Part shown: positions 50,298 through 61,250 of the stretch, in pieces
How positions within the stretch are numbered: position 1 is the stretch's first letter
Layout: each line of letters begins with the position of its first letter
Assembly: GCA_011364905.1 (NCBI GenBank)
Contig: RDNZ01000006.1
Span: 1 to 64,000 of the forward strand
From: Candidatus Thorarchaeota archaeon
GTDB taxonomy: Archaea > Asgardarchaeota > Thorarchaeia > Thorarchaeales > Thorarchaeaceae
DNA length: 64,000 nt
Reading direction: 5' to 3'
Position numbers and translations under genes: made by a program
Notes under the pieces: generated by a model
Databases searched by the model: none
What the model was told of the DNA's origin: nothing
What the model saw: the letters and a program-made list of their open reading frames with translations, nothing else

Positions 50298-52043
50298 TCA
50301 CGCTGGCACCTCAAAAAGGTCGATAAGTCTGAACCGATCTACATCTACAAGACCCAAGTCAGTTATCTTGAGTTTTGGAATTACGGGTAATGAAAGGAAC
50401 GCCATTGCCATGAAAGGCTCATCCAGAGGTGTGCCAAGTTTATGCGCTGCAACCTTCAAATCATTAATTCTTTCACTCACATGTTCAATTGGTTGATCAG
50501 ACATCAAACCAGCAATTGGAAGAGGCAAGGATTCAATCACATTCCCGTCTTTCGCAACTGCAATCCCTCCTTGCATTCTAACAATTTGAACGGCAGCCTG
50601 AATGAGGTCTCTGTCATTTGTTGCTACAGCTACTATGTTATGTGAATCATGAGCAATAGAAGAAACCAACGCGCCTTCTTTGATTCCAATTCCTTTTACA
50701 AAACCTACAGCTCTTGGTTCAGACGCGTTGTGGCGCTCAATTATCGCAACCTTTGCAATATCTCGATCAATATCAGGAACAACAAGTCCATCTTTCACCT
50801 TTGGTTCTTCGATAAGATGTTCAGTAATGATTTGATTGGGAATCATTCCTATAACGTTCATCCGATTACCACGCGCCTTGACTTGGAAGTCTTCAGGTTC
50901 GAGGTAATGTATATTCACAGAGCGCCTAAGACGAGGCTGTTTTTCAACTCCGAATTTCTCCGTCATCTTTCCATCTTTTGCCACTAGTACACCTTGTTTG
51001 AAGACCATTTCCACATGGATCTTTTCAAGAGAATCAAGGACCACAATGTCAGCATGGTAGCCAGGTGCTACAGCGCCTAGATACTGGAGACCATAGTGTC
51101 TGGCAGTAGATAGTGATGCCACCTTTATTGCCAGGATTGGGTCAACACCATAGCCTATAGCCTCTCGAACCATGAAATCGATGTGCCCTTTTGTTATCAA
51201 ATCCAGAGTGTTCCTATCGTCTGTGACAAAGGAGCAGAAATCTGCCGTATTCGGCTTGATTAAAGGAGCCAAGGCTTCCAGATTCTTTGCAGTTGAACCC
51301 TCACGAATATGAATGTGCATTCCGCAAGCAAGCTTTCTTCGAGCTTCTTCGATATCCACGCTTTCGTGATCGGATGTAATTCTGGCGGCTGCATACGCAT
51401 TCAGGTCAAGACCTTTCAGCTCTGGAGCATGACCATCAATTCTCTTGCCCATACTAAGCGCGACTCGTATCTTCTCAAGGATTGATGGGTCTCTGTAGAT
51501 TACTCCTGGATAATTCATCGCTTCAGCCAACCCAAGCACATAGTGCTCAGTCATGAGCGGTTTGATATCCAGGAAGTCAAGGGATACACCATTTGTTTCC
51601 AGATCTGTGGAAGGAACGCATGAGGGGAGCATCATATAGAACTCAAGAGCACCTCCACGCATGCTCTTACTCATATAGAGTATGCCCTCCATGCCTAGCA
51701 CATTAGCAATCTCATGAGGGTCTGCGATCACAGCTCCGGTGCCATGAGGAACAACTGCACGAGCATATTCTATGGGCATTACCATTGAGGACTCTACATG
51801 AACGTGGCCATCGATAAATGAGGGAGAAACATACTTCCCCTTCAGATCAATGATTTCGTTACCTACATATTCGCCAATTCCAGCTATATAGGCTCCATGA
51901 ATGGCAATATCACCGGGAGTCACATCGCCGGTGAAGACATTGACAACATTTGCGTTTTTCAGAACGAGGTCAGCGCGGGTCCTTCCTGCGGCCACATCAA
52001 TCATATGATCAAGTGGATAGTCCTCGGAACGTGACAGAAACAT
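50298..52043 (-). CDS. ade: Adenine deaminase
   Basis: HVHVESS, DPHEIANV, EAMN, DGHAP, REGS, TDD and AHDSHN motifs. Confidence 0.95.
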   Translation of the reverse strand: MFLSRSEDYPLDHMIDVAAGRTRADLVLKNANVVNVFTGDVTPGDIAIHGAYIAGIGEYVGNEIIDLKGKYVSPSFIDGHVHVESSMVMPIEYARAVVPHGTGAVIADPHEIANVLGMEGILYMSKSMRGGALEFYMMLPSCVPSTDLETNGVSLDFLDIKPLMTEHYVLGLAEAMNYPGVIYRDPSILEKIRVALSMGKRIDGHAPELKGLDLNAYAAARITSDHESVDIEEARRKLACGMHIHIREGSTAKNLEALAPLIKPNTADFCSFVTDDRNTLDLITKGHIDFMVREAIGYGVDPILAIKVASLSTARHYGLQYLGAVAPGYHADIVVLDSLEKIHVEMVFKQGVLVAKDGKMTEKFGVEKQPRLRRSVNIHYLEPEDFQVKARGNRMNVIGMIPNQIITEHLIEEPKVKDGLVVPDIDRDIAKVAIIERHNASEPRAVGFVKGIGIKEGALVSSIAHDSHNIVAVATNDRDLIQAAVQIVRMQGGIAVAKDGNVIESLPLPIAGLMSDQPIEHVSERINDLKVAAHKLGTPLDEPFMAMAFLSLPVIPKLKITDLGLVDVDRFRLIDLFEVPA

Positions 52044-52110
52044 CTCTTCTCACTCGCAAAGCACTGTGCGGCTATCATGAAAAGGGTTTCTCATGACACT
52101 ACTAGTGAAT

Positions 52111-52869
52111 CTATTTCGTAGCTACAACAACCAATCGTTCAGCTTCGTTGTCGTAGGCGCGTCCATCCAATCCGCCATAGATCTTTACATCAGAGAATCC
52201 TACGCTCTCAAGCATAGAACGAATCTCGGCTCCTGAGTAAATCCAATGAATCACATCCCATCTATGCACCGTACCATCTCTTTCAATGAAAATCCATTTG
52301 TTATACATTCGACTCCAGTTATCGATGGCTTCTCTCTCCTCAAGCATGAATCCTTGAGGCCACTCAGACCAACTATGACGGGTGAAAATCCTCGCTAGAA
52401 CCTCTTTGCCCATTGATTCAAAAATGAACCTGCCGCCAGCCCTAAGAGAAGTATAGATGTTGCGAAGAACAAGTATTTGCTCCTCATGGTCCTCAAAATA
52501 GCTGAATGATGTGAACATACTAAGTACAAGATCAAAGGAATTCTTTCTGTAAAACGTTCTCATATCGTCGAGAACAAACTCAATATTGAGATCTTCATCC
52601 GCCGCACTCTTTCTTGCCTTTTCGAGATACTTGATTGTCCTATCTACTCCCACAACCTTGTGACCTCTTCTCGCAAACTCCAATGAATGACGGCCAATAC
52701 CGCAACAAAGATCCAATACGCTCTCATGAGGAGTGACATGACAGAGGGACTTGATTGCGTCTACTTCGTTTGTTGTAAAAGCGATTCTTGCTTCTGTGAA
52801 CATTACAGGCTCCATAATCTCCCACATTTCATCATCCTCAAACCAATTCGTCGAAGTTTTTTCTGACAT
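52111..52869 (-). CDS. Class I SAM-dependent methyltransferase
   Basis: VLDLCCGIGRH, DMR and FTSFSYF motifs. Confidence 0.9.
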   Translation of the reverse strand: MSEKTSTNWFEDDEMWEIMEPVMFTEARIAFTTNEVDAIKSLCHVTPHESVLDLCCGIGRHSLEFARRGHKVVGVDRTIKYLEKARKSAADEDLNIEFVLDDMRTFYRKNSFDLVLSMFTSFSYFEDHEEQILVLRNIYTSLRAGGRFIFESMGKEVLARIFTRHSWSEWPQGFMLEEREAIDNWSRMYNKWIFIERDGTVHRWDVIHWIYSGAEIRSMLESVGFSDVKIYGGLDGRAYDNEAERLVVVATK

Positions 52870-52930
52870 TGATCAAGCCACCATCTACTAGTACTCAAAC
52901 TTAGACTGGAAGCCAAAAGAGAAAAGGATT

Positions 52931-52981
52931 TGGAAAAAAAAAGAGAGAAAAACATCGGTCTCAAAAAACAAGACCGATGTT
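52931..52981 (-). terminator. 11-bp hairpin + T-tract terminator
   Basis: AACATCGGTCT / AGACCGATGTT followed by a poly-T run on the minus strand. Confidence 0.7.
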
Positions 52982-52987
52982 GTATTT

Positions 52988-55306
52988 CTATTGCTTGAAT
53001 TTCTTGACATACACTATATAGACGATAACTACAACCCCGACAATAACAGCTGCTGGAAGTGCTACACCGCCTAGCATTGCAAGGACATTGGGACCAACAG
53101 GAGTTATCTTCTCAACCGATAGTTGAGGTGTCGGTAGTGGCGTGAGTTGAACCCACAAGAAACCATCTACACCTAGATTTCTAGAGATTGCCATACTCAA
53201 GAGCGAGTTATCAGAGATTGCGCCGAATTGGAACGAGAAATCAGCAATATTTCCGACATACTCATCGTTGAGATCACCCCATGGGGTTGAGTGAGCCCTG
53301 CCATCGTATGCGCTTAGAAGTGTACTACTGAAACCAGTGACATCTCCAGTCTTAACCGACACATTATACCAGGTTCCTGGAGTTGTGTTTAGTAGCAATC
53401 CATAGGTTCCACTCCCACTTCCAGGTAGTGGCAATGAGAAGTTAGTCCATGCAGAGGCCGCACCAACATCAAGAGTCTCAATGTCGGCGTAGATGTCATT
53501 CATTCGATTCTGCCAATCGATTGTGAGACTCACTGGGTAGTTCATGTAGACGTTTGTTGCACCTTGTGTGTTATTGCTAACTTGGTATGTACAGATACCA
53601 ACAAAGGCAAACCCCTCATAGTAACCCTGACCTCCGTAGTTAATGGTCCGGTTATTCGGTATAGTAGGATGCGCTTGTATCTGAGATCCATCCCATCTGT
53701 TTGCAACGGTCGTTGAACCTGATACCCGTACAGCACCAGATGCATCATAGATCGAATACTCGAAGTTTACTGTGACATTATCTTGGTTGTTCAGGTACAA
53801 AGTCATGTTGTACATCTGGAAAAGGTGTGCATCAACAAAGAAACCACCCACATTAACGATGTCAGTGGTAGTCTCGTCAACAATGGAGCCAACATTGAAG
53901 CGGACCCATTCATTCACGTTGTTCGAAACGTACAGCTCAACATGGTACTTTCCAACTGGGAGATAGTATTCATTTGCAGCCTGGATGGTAGCAGGATGAT
54001 TAGGTGATCGAACACTGCGATAGCCGTCCTCAGAAGATCCAGTCAAAGCAATTGACAGTTCCCCAGCAGTTGCAGTTGAGTTTACTCTCAGTATTGAGGG
54101 TTGATCAATATCCAGCGTGTAACTCTGAGCAGCCGTTGAACCAATGTAGTTCTCTAAGTGCATTTTCTGATTAAGAGGAAGTGCACCTTGGGAGCTAGAT
54201 TGATGATAGAGTGTATACTGTGTTCCATCTCCACCATAGACTGTCACATAGTAAGGCCCACCTCTGAAGAAGTACTGACCGTTGCTTGGAAAGCCTGAAC
54301 CTTCGTCATAACGTGTTCCCCCATTATGTCCATAATTGAACTCATTGCTTGTGAATTCTATGGCAACTGGTTGTGTAGTGGGGAGGATGCCATTGGGATA
54401 GTTGAATGTGTATGCTAAAGATGCAACATCATTTCTGGAGTTGACCTTGTAAGTTCGGACAGTTGGTGCCATTTCTTTGTACACCCAACTTCCTGTATCC
54501 TCTACAACTATTTCACCCGTATTTAGTTCGTCTGTGATGACACCACCAGCGGGGATCAGCTGGGGCGAAACCGCAACAGGAAATAGGTCAAAGAGGGCAA
54601 AAGTTCCCGAAGTTGGTGTTGCTTGGAGAAAGATGTAGTATGTCCCTGATATTGAAGGTTTGAAAGGAATGGTAATGATGTCTCCTTCTGAACCAGAATC
54701 TCCATTCATGTAACGTCCTTGTGGATCCACTATAGCGACACTCCACGAAACGCCGTCCTGTCTGCTAGCAATGGTCAGGTGGACAAACTCCTGCCCACTG
54801 ATTCCGAGAGTTCCATAGTATGTGTAACCTCTATCCACTGATACTGGAGTGTGTTGACCAAAAGTAAGTCCAAATGTTCTGGTTTCGATTGTTGTATTGA
54901 CAACAAAGTCACTGCCATCAGATGCAGTCCAGTCATAGAACTCTGGAAGGTATGCAGGATTCGCGAATGGCCCCGTGTTCCAAGTACTGAATGATGTCCA
55001 ATCATAGGGAACATTCATATCTTCCGCAAAGGACGAAGTTTGTCTGGTCCATCCAGTGGTGTCATAACGATAGATCCAATAGTCAAGATCTTCGTTCACA
55101 TTCATTGTACTTCTAGACTGAAAGTCTAGTGGGTTAGGCTCCACATACATGTATGTATGATTATTGGCGCCTGAAGCATAACCCTGATTATATGTTTTAA
55201 TTTTGATATTTGTCTGAAGTGCGGATACTGGGGCGGCAATAGCTCCGAGTAGGAAAATCATCGAAATCGTAATGCCTAGTACCGTCTTCATATTGACGTG
55301 CTTCAT
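52988..55306 (-). CDS. Large secreted beta-rich surface protein with C-terminal anchor
   Basis: Signal peptide, PPC-like segments (DPQG...GTYYI), many sequons, TM followed by KK. Confidence 0.8.
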   Translation of the reverse strand: MKHVNMKTVLGITISMIFLLGAIAAPVSALQTNIKIKTYNQGYASGANNHTYMYVEPNPLDFQSRSTMNVNEDLDYWIYRYDTTGWTRQTSSFAEDMNVPYDWTSFSTWNTGPFANPAYLPEFYDWTASDGSDFVVNTTIETRTFGLTFGQHTPVSVDRGYTYYGTLGISGQEFVHLTIASRQDGVSWSVAIVDPQGRYMNGDSGSEGDIITIPFKPSISGTYYIFLQATPTSGTFALFDLFPVAVSPQLIPAGGVITDELNTGEIVVEDTGSWVYKEMAPTVRTYKVNSRNDVASLAYTFNYPNGILPTTQPVAIEFTSNEFNYGHNGGTRYDEGSGFPSNGQYFFRGGPYYVTVYGGDGTQYTLYHQSSSQGALPLNQKMHLENYIGSTAAQSYTLDIDQPSILRVNSTATAGELSIALTGSSEDGYRSVRSPNHPATIQAANEYYLPVGKYHVELYVSNNVNEWVRFNVGSIVDETTTDIVNVGGFFVDAHLFQMYNMTLYLNNQDNVTVNFEYSIYDASGAVRVSGSTTVANRWDGSQIQAHPTIPNNRTINYGGQGYYEGFAFVGICTYQVSNNTQGATNVYMNYPVSLTIDWQNRMNDIYADIETLDVGAASAWTNFSLPLPGSGSGTYGLLLNTTPGTWYNVSVKTGDVTGFSSTLLSAYDGRAHSTPWGDLNDEYVGNIADFSFQFGAISDNSLLSMAISRNLGVDGFLWVQLTPLPTPQLSVEKITPVGPNVLAMLGGVALPAAVIVGVVVIVYIVYVKKFKQ

Positions 55307-55378
55307 GGCACATCGTCACCTCAATGAATTCATGTCTACAATCTTTTATGAACTCATTTCGTTCAAAGGTAATCTTAT

Positions 55379-55396
55379 TTTTCGAAAATTCGAAAA
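55379..55396. promoter_or_regulatory. Perfect 8-2-8 palindrome between divergent genes
   Basis: TTTTCGAA-AA-TTCGAAAA. Confidence 0.45.
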
Positions 55397-55453
55397 CTTA
55401 AGGCAATCACCTTTTATCTTGGTTATGAACACGGCGTCACTAATGGTGAGAAT

Positions 55454-56284
55454 ATGAGCCTTCAGCAGTCCTACCAAAAAAGCATTGTAGTAGCCGTCAT
55501 TGCCTATATTGCTGCAATTGGCTTTTTATTGCTGAGTTTAGAAGCGGACATTCCTGAAGCCAGTCAACAAAACTACACACTCTTTGCCTATTTTCTACCA
55601 GCGGTAGGGACATTATTTCTCTATCTAGCGTTCTACCTATGGAAAGGAGGAAAGCGAATAAGAACAGACTCTAGGAGCATAGCAATTCTTGCCATATTTG
55701 CCGCTATGGTTTTAGCTCTCGAGATTTTTCCAATTCCCTTTCTGACTGACATACCACTGTTTGGAGGCTTTACACTTGATCCGACTGGTATTCCAATATG
55801 CTTTGTTTTTCTTGCATACGGTAATGTGTTCTCATTCCTCCTTTTGCCAATAATGTGGATTGCGATTGGATATCGAAATATCATCGGCTCTGTTTTCAAG
55901 TTGTTCGCAGAATTCTTCACCTTGTTGGGACTCGTTGTGGCAAAATTCGTCCTAAGGGGTCGATCCTACGATTGGAAGGTAGCAACTCCAATCTATCTTA
56001 TCTTTGGTGTAGTCTTTAGAGCAATCGGCATGTATATTGCGAACATCTACCTGATTCAATGGCTTTATGGACTCCCATTGGATGTTGCAATCGCATTATC
56101 TGTTAGCTTTGTAATTCCCAATATCATTCAAGCAGCCATCAATGTCTTGGCCGGAATACTTCTATTTGTCATTATTCCAGAGAATTTGGCAATCGAAGCA
56201 CGCTTCGGCAAATATGGAACAGATGAGTATAGCGAATATCAAGAAATCCCACCAGACGAGTTAGAGTCGATCAATGATGAGTAA
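55454..56284 (+). CDS. ECF transporter S component (RibU-like) with two extra N-terminal TMs
   Basis: IAILAIFAAM..LE..PIP, LDPTGIP and PNIIQA motifs. Confidence 0.7.
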   Translation: MSLQQSYQKSIVVAVIAYIAAIGFLLLSLEADIPEASQQNYTLFAYFLPAVGTLFLYLAFYLWKGGKRIRTDSRSIAILAIFAAMVLALEIFPIPFLTDIPLFGGFTLDPTGIPICFVFLAYGNVFSFLLLPIMWIAIGYRNIIGSVFKLFAEFFTLLGLVVAKFVLRGRSYDWKVATPIYLIFGVVFRAIGMYIANIYLIQWLYGLPLDVAIALSVSFVIPNIIQAAINVLAGILLFVIIPENLAIEARFGKYGTDEYSEYQEIPPDELESINDE

Positions 56285-57032
56285 TAGAGAGGTCCAATTG
56301 ATTCCAATTCAAGGATTTCCGATTGTTCAGAAGGGAGACGAAATTTCCTCGCTCATTCAGACTGCAATTGAGAGGAGTCGAATCACTCTTACCAAAGGTG
56401 ATATCATCGTTGTGACTCACTCTATTATTTCAATTACAGAAGGTAGTCTCTATCAATTGGATAAAGTGGAGGTTTCAGAGAAAGCAAAAGCTCTCGCAGA
56501 AGGATCGGGACACGCTCCAGAAATAGTTGAGGCCGCGTTGAGTGAAGCAAGTGAGGTTCTACGAGAAGGCCCGGTTCTAATAACAAAGACAAAACAAGGA
56601 GTGATAACGGACTATTCAGGCGTTGATGAGAGCAATGCTCCTTTGGGAAACTTGATTGCACTCCCTGAAAATCCTGATGAATCAGCAAAGAAAATCAATG
56701 TTTCATTATCTGAATCCAGTGGATTCAATGTGCCAGTGATAATCACAGATACTCAGGGCAGACCCTGGAGGAAAGGCGCTATCAATCTGGCAATAGGAAT
56801 AGCAGGGATGTCACCTTTTACCAGCAACGCTGGGAAAGAGGACATTTTTGGTCATCGGCTTCGAGGATCTGTTGTGTGCTTGGCGGACCAGATTGCAGCT
56901 GCTGCGGAGCTTGTAATGGGTCAGGCTGATGAAGGAATTCCGCTAGTTGTCGTACGTGGAATCAATTTCACAGAGGACGTTGGAGCGGCCTCTCAAATCA
57001 TCCGCTCTCGGTCAGAGAGCCTCTATGGCTAA
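56274..57032 (+). CDS. cofE: Coenzyme F420-0:L-glutamate ligase
   Basis: GVDESN, LPENPD.SA, DTQGRPWRKG, D..AAAAELVMGQADEG.P.VVVRG motifs. Confidence 0.95.
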   Translation: MMSNREVQLIPIQGFPIVQKGDEISSLIQTAIERSRITLTKGDIIVVTHSIISITEGSLYQLDKVEVSEKAKALAEGSGHAPEIVEAALSEASEVLREGPVLITKTKQGVITDYSGVDESNAPLGNLIALPENPDESAKKINVSLSESSGFNVPVIITDTQGRPWRKGAINLAIGIAGMSPFTSNAGKEDIFGHRLRGSVVCLADQIAAAAELVMGQADEGIPLVVVRGINFTEDVGAASQIIRSRSESLYG

Positions 57033-59302
57033 TCAACAGACATACCAGGTTTCTTTTCACTTCTCACGAGTATGAGAGCAATGAGTCCCATAACTGCTCC
57101 AGCTGCAATAACTAGACCTGCTGGGAACGTTGGCATCGAATGATCTATAGTTAATGCAGTACTAGTCGTTTCGTTCCAATTGGGATAATTGTCTTGATCA
57201 TTCACATTTATGATGTATGGACCTGTGCCAGTATAATCAGACCACCAATTCCCGGTATCGACTTGATTATCCCAATGATTGGAGGAACCCTCACAAATCG
57301 CATTAGGCGCATTGTATGCAAACGCATTTTCATAAATGTCATTACGATTGGATGAGAAGTCAAGAGAGATTCCGGCTCTTGTGTTGTTGTATATATTGTT
57401 CCCGGTTATTAGGCAGTCAGATGAACTATTCAACTGAATCCCTCTTGAGTTGAAGTAGATGATGTTGTTATGGATATAGCACCCGTCAGAGTCCTCGAGA
57501 AAAATGGAGTCATTGTTTTGAAAGATGGTATTCCGTAACAGCGTCATGTTAGTGCTGCTGACAAAGCTAATGGCTTCGTCATTTTCCCAAATTAAGCAAT
57601 TATGAATGACACAAACCCAAGACCAGCTGGCATCTATTCCCTTGAGATTTGCTCTGACATAAACATCCAAAATGACGATATCTTCTGAATGCGAGAGAAC
57701 TATTCCAGTCCGAGAATGGTAGGAACTGATACTCTGTCTGAATACACAACTCGAGGAGTATTGAAAACTGACTCCAATCGTATTGTTGTGAAGAAACACA
57801 TTCGTGAGTTCACAATCACTGCAATTCACGAGAGTAATCGCTGTTGCTTCACCGAAATCTGGGTATGCATCGTCCTTGAAGGAAGAACTGATTCCATAGA
57901 AACTGCCTCCACTGATCGTGACGCCAATGCAGCTCACAAGATATAGTTGGCCGTACTCATCCCCATTGATGCTTTCAGTTTGCAGATTCGCAAAAAGCCC
58001 AATCTTTCGTCCACTCACCGTATTGTTCAGAAATCGGATTGTATCAAAGTTCCAAAGATCAAAGTTCGGAATTTGTGGATAGAGTCCGCCACCATCAAAA
58101 GAGTTCCCAATGATGTCACAATCATCTGATGCACCATCAGGAACATTGTACCAGTTGGAATAGTAGCCAAAACCAAATCCGTATCTATCATCCGTGACTG
58201 AATTAGATGATATATTGTGGGCTTGTCCCCCCTGTAGAATTACTCCGTATCCAACATCAGAAATAGAATTCGCATAGATGTCCGATGCGGATCCGCCGTG
58301 AATAGAGATGCCAGTTCCATAACTGGTGTATTTCCCTTTAATGATGTTTTCGTATACCTGTGTATTATTTGTGTTGACAAGGTCTATACCTTCCGAATTG
58401 TTGATGAGGTTATTTCGTCTTAAAATGCAGTCATTTGCCGAAATAATGATACCTGATTGACTTGAACTAACATTATTGCCCTCGATTACACAATTAGCAC
58501 CATAAAGTATCTCCATGCCGCTCCAGATGAAACTGGCAACTTCATTCCTACTCACATTACTATTGAGGATGCCCAAAATCTCTATTCCAGCGAATGGGTG
58601 GCTATCAGGATTTTTTATTCCAGTGATCAGATTATCATGTATACTGGAATCATTGATTGTCCATGCAGTAATGCCATAGCCCAAGATAATACCAAACTTG
58701 TTTTCATAGATGTCGTAGTTGCTTCCCCCATAGACCTCGATTCCACTATAGCATTCGTCAAACTCCTGCGTATTGTTGAATATTGTTGTGTGGTTGCTCC
58801 ACAGAATCATTATTCCTTCATTAGTAGCATTTAGGACGTTGCTCGAGATTTTGCAAGCATCGAGGGCATATCCTGAAATCCCACTTGTGCTGTTTCTCCA
58901 ATGGTTTCCGTACAAGATGCAATTGCTTACGTTCGTGAGTGTGACTGAAAACACAGGTTGAATTCCTTGATAGTACAGAACATCAGACTTGAATAGACAA
59001 TTTCTAATAACGAAATAACTTGTCGTGTTGATTATCCAAATGCAGGTTGAATTCTTGGCTGTGATGTTTAGATTCTCTATGATGTAGGGAGTTGTTGCAG
59101 AACCGTTCCCAGGCCATGATTGTATTTCGAAGTCTGCATCTGAAGTGATATTGAAAGGTTCATGCGAAACATATGCGGGTTCATGCTTGTTGGGTGTAAG
59201 AGCCGCTTCTTGAACAACAGCGTAATTTATGATGGAGGTCTGAACTAAAAACGCAAGACCAAGCACAGCAACAAAGCAGAGAGCCAGCCCACGATTAATC
59301 AT
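57029..59302 (-). CDS. Parallel beta-helix (NosD/CASH) surface protein
   Basis: GNGS..PYIIENL, N-x-I-x-x-N repeats, GNWWSDY, C-terminal TM. Confidence 0.85.
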   Translation of the reverse strand: MINRGLALCFVAVLGLAFLVQTSIINYAVVQEAALTPNKHEPAYVSHEPFNITSDADFEIQSWPGNGSATTPYIIENLNITAKNSTCIWIINTTSYFVIRNCLFKSDVLYYQGIQPVFSVTLTNVSNCILYGNHWRNSTSGISGYALDACKISSNVLNATNEGIMILWSNHTTIFNNTQEFDECYSGIEVYGGSNYDIYENKFGIILGYGITAWTINDSSIHDNLITGIKNPDSHPFAGIEILGILNSNVSRNEVASFIWSGMEILYGANCVIEGNNVSSSQSGIIISANDCILRRNNLINNSEGIDLVNTNNTQVYENIIKGKYTSYGTGISIHGGSASDIYANSISDVGYGVILQGGQAHNISSNSVTDDRYGFGFGYYSNWYNVPDGASDDCDIIGNSFDGGGLYPQIPNFDLWNFDTIRFLNNTVSGRKIGLFANLQTESINGDEYGQLYLVSCIGVTISGGSFYGISSSFKDDAYPDFGEATAITLVNCSDCELTNVFLHNNTIGVSFQYSSSCVFRQSISSYHSRTGIVLSHSEDIVILDVYVRANLKGIDASWSWVCVIHNCLIWENDEAISFVSSTNMTLLRNTIFQNNDSIFLEDSDGCYIHNNIIYFNSRGIQLNSSSDCLITGNNIYNNTRAGISLDFSSNRNDIYENAFAYNAPNAICEGSSNHWDNQVDTGNWWSDYTGTGPYIINVNDQDNYPNWNETTSTALTIDHSMPTFPAGLVIAAGAVMGLIALILVRSEKKPGMSVD

Positions 59303-59368
59303 ATTCTAAACCCCGGTCCAATACTGATAAGATAAGCTTTGCTCGAAACAAAATGAACCTTGACTCCT

Positions 59369-61216
59369 CTAGAGAGATTCTTCAAAGAACTCAGCAAGAC
59401 GACCTAGAAGAATCTTAACATTCTTCTCACGAACGATACCATGACCTTCATCGTCAAACACAAGCTTCTCATATCTAATCTTATTAGCCTCCAATCGCTT
59501 CTCTACTTCCAACATGTTTGCTTTTGTCACATTGGGGTCTCTGAGACCCTGAACAATCAAGAGTCTGCCACGAATGTTTTGTACGTAGTTGATGGGAGAC
59601 CGCTCTCGATATATCTCAGGCACATCATTTGGAGAACCTCCAAGCATCTCCTCCGAGTATGTTCGTAGGTCAGGACGAGTTGTTTCATAATCAACAACTA
59701 GATCTGTCATTCCGCATATCGGTGCGGCTGCTGCGATGATGCCTGGCGGAAACTGCGTGATAGCCAACCAACTCATATAGCCACCATAGCTCGTTCCAGT
59801 GATACCGACTTTATACGAGAGGGCAATCCCATTTTCTATCAAATGCTCTATTCCAGAACGAATATCTTCCTTATCCAGACCTCCCCATCCATCTTGTTTG
59901 ATGAGCTCACGAAAACGCACACCATAACCTGTAGAGCCTCGATAGTTGGGTTCCAGGATGTTGAAACCTAGAGAACACAGATACTGAATCCCATAACCAA
60001 ACTCGTCCTCTGAGTGGGCAGTAGGACCTCCATGAACTCTCACAATCGTTTTACCATTAGGGTTTCGAGCTGGATATAGCCAGCCGTGAATTGGTGTGTC
60101 ATCCGCTGAAATCCATCTGACATCCTGAGCTGGGACAAGATCTTCACGTTGAATCGTTGTGCGGCCAAGGAGGTCAGTGATCAAAGTGAACCTTGATGGG
60201 CTTAACTCATTGAGGTTGAAACGCACAATTTCTCCAGGATGAGTTGAGCTATAATAGACACCCAACCAGTCCCCATTTGCCAAGTTGGTAATTAGTGAGA
60301 GGGTTCCTCGATGTGGAGTCGCGTTCTGCAAAACATCGGTATCCAGATCAAGAATGAAGGTTTTCTTTCTCGCATTTTGCTCCTCCACAAACACAACATG
60401 GTTGGAGTACCTAGGGACCTCCGAAGAACTATAGACTCCCCTCTCAGTTGGATTGGATAGCCAATGGATCTCACCTGAGGAGATATCATAGAGTCCAATG
60501 CCAACGGAGTCATGACGGACACCATCAATGGTATCAGTATCAAACAGCACTCTACCATCATGGGTCCAATCTGCGTTGACCTTTGCTTTTGGACCAAAAT
60601 TCAATATCTCTCGATCTTCATTTCCGTCTATCGATGCAATCCACCACTGAGTACCTGAAGGGTCCTCATCTGCTCGATTATATAGAACATATCTACCATT
60701 GGGGTCCACAAATGGAGTTAGGTCAGTCGCTTTGTCGGGTCGTGCAATAACAATCCTAGTAGATGACTCTAAGTCATGAACAACGACCCTGAAGGTCTCA
60801 GTTTCTTTCTTGGTGTCATAATCATAGTTCACCGAGTATGCAATGAAATCGCCTCGAGGACCAAAACTGCCCCCGCGCAGGAAAAAGTTGGGCTTTGCTT
60901 CAGTCACAGGAATCATGTTTCCGGGATCATCGAGGAAAACCCTATAGAGTGTAACTCGCTCATCTCTCGCTGTATCCTCACCAACAAGAACTGATTTCGA
61001 GTCTGGAGCCCAATCCTCCACAGAGGTGAGTTCTGGAGTGTTAGTGAGAGGTGTAAGAACTCTGGGCTCATCGATGGATAGCAGGAAGATGTCATAGTTC
61101 TCCTGGATTCTGTCTATCGATAGTGCCAGGTGTGTCTTTTGGGGAGAAATTTCATACGAGTCGATAGATGGGATGCTCATCAATGAATCCAAGTCAAGGG
61201 CTCTGTAGGAAGGCAT
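59369..61216 (-). CDS. S9 family peptidase (acylaminoacyl peptidase-like)
   Basis: HGGP, NYRGSTGYG, GTSYGG, D..V and EGH motifs. Confidence 0.95.
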   Translation of the reverse strand: MPSYRALDLDSLMSIPSIDSYEISPQKTHLALSIDRIQENYDIFLLSIDEPRVLTPLTNTPELTSVEDWAPDSKSVLVGEDTARDERVTLYRVFLDDPGNMIPVTEAKPNFFLRGGSFGPRGDFIAYSVNYDYDTKKETETFRVVVHDLESSTRIVIARPDKATDLTPFVDPNGRYVLYNRADEDPSGTQWWIASIDGNEDREILNFGPKAKVNADWTHDGRVLFDTDTIDGVRHDSVGIGLYDISSGEIHWLSNPTERGVYSSSEVPRYSNHVVFVEEQNARKKTFILDLDTDVLQNATPHRGTLSLITNLANGDWLGVYYSSTHPGEIVRFNLNELSPSRFTLITDLLGRTTIQREDLVPAQDVRWISADDTPIHGWLYPARNPNGKTIVRVHGGPTAHSEDEFGYGIQYLCSLGFNILEPNYRGSTGYGVRFRELIKQDGWGGLDKEDIRSGIEHLIENGIALSYKVGITGTSYGGYMSWLAITQFPPGIIAAAAPICGMTDLVVDYETTRPDLRTYSEEMLGGSPNDVPEIYRERSPINYVQNIRGRLLIVQGLRDPNVTKANMLEVEKRLEANKIRYEKLVFDDEGHGIVREKNVKILLGRLAEFFEESL

Positions 61217-61250
61217 ACCAGAACAGAGTAGAACGAGGTTTTACATCTTT

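Noticed and set aside
57029-59302. Nitrous oxide reductase accessory protein NosD
   Set aside because: Generic beta-helix surface protein; no nos genes in the window.
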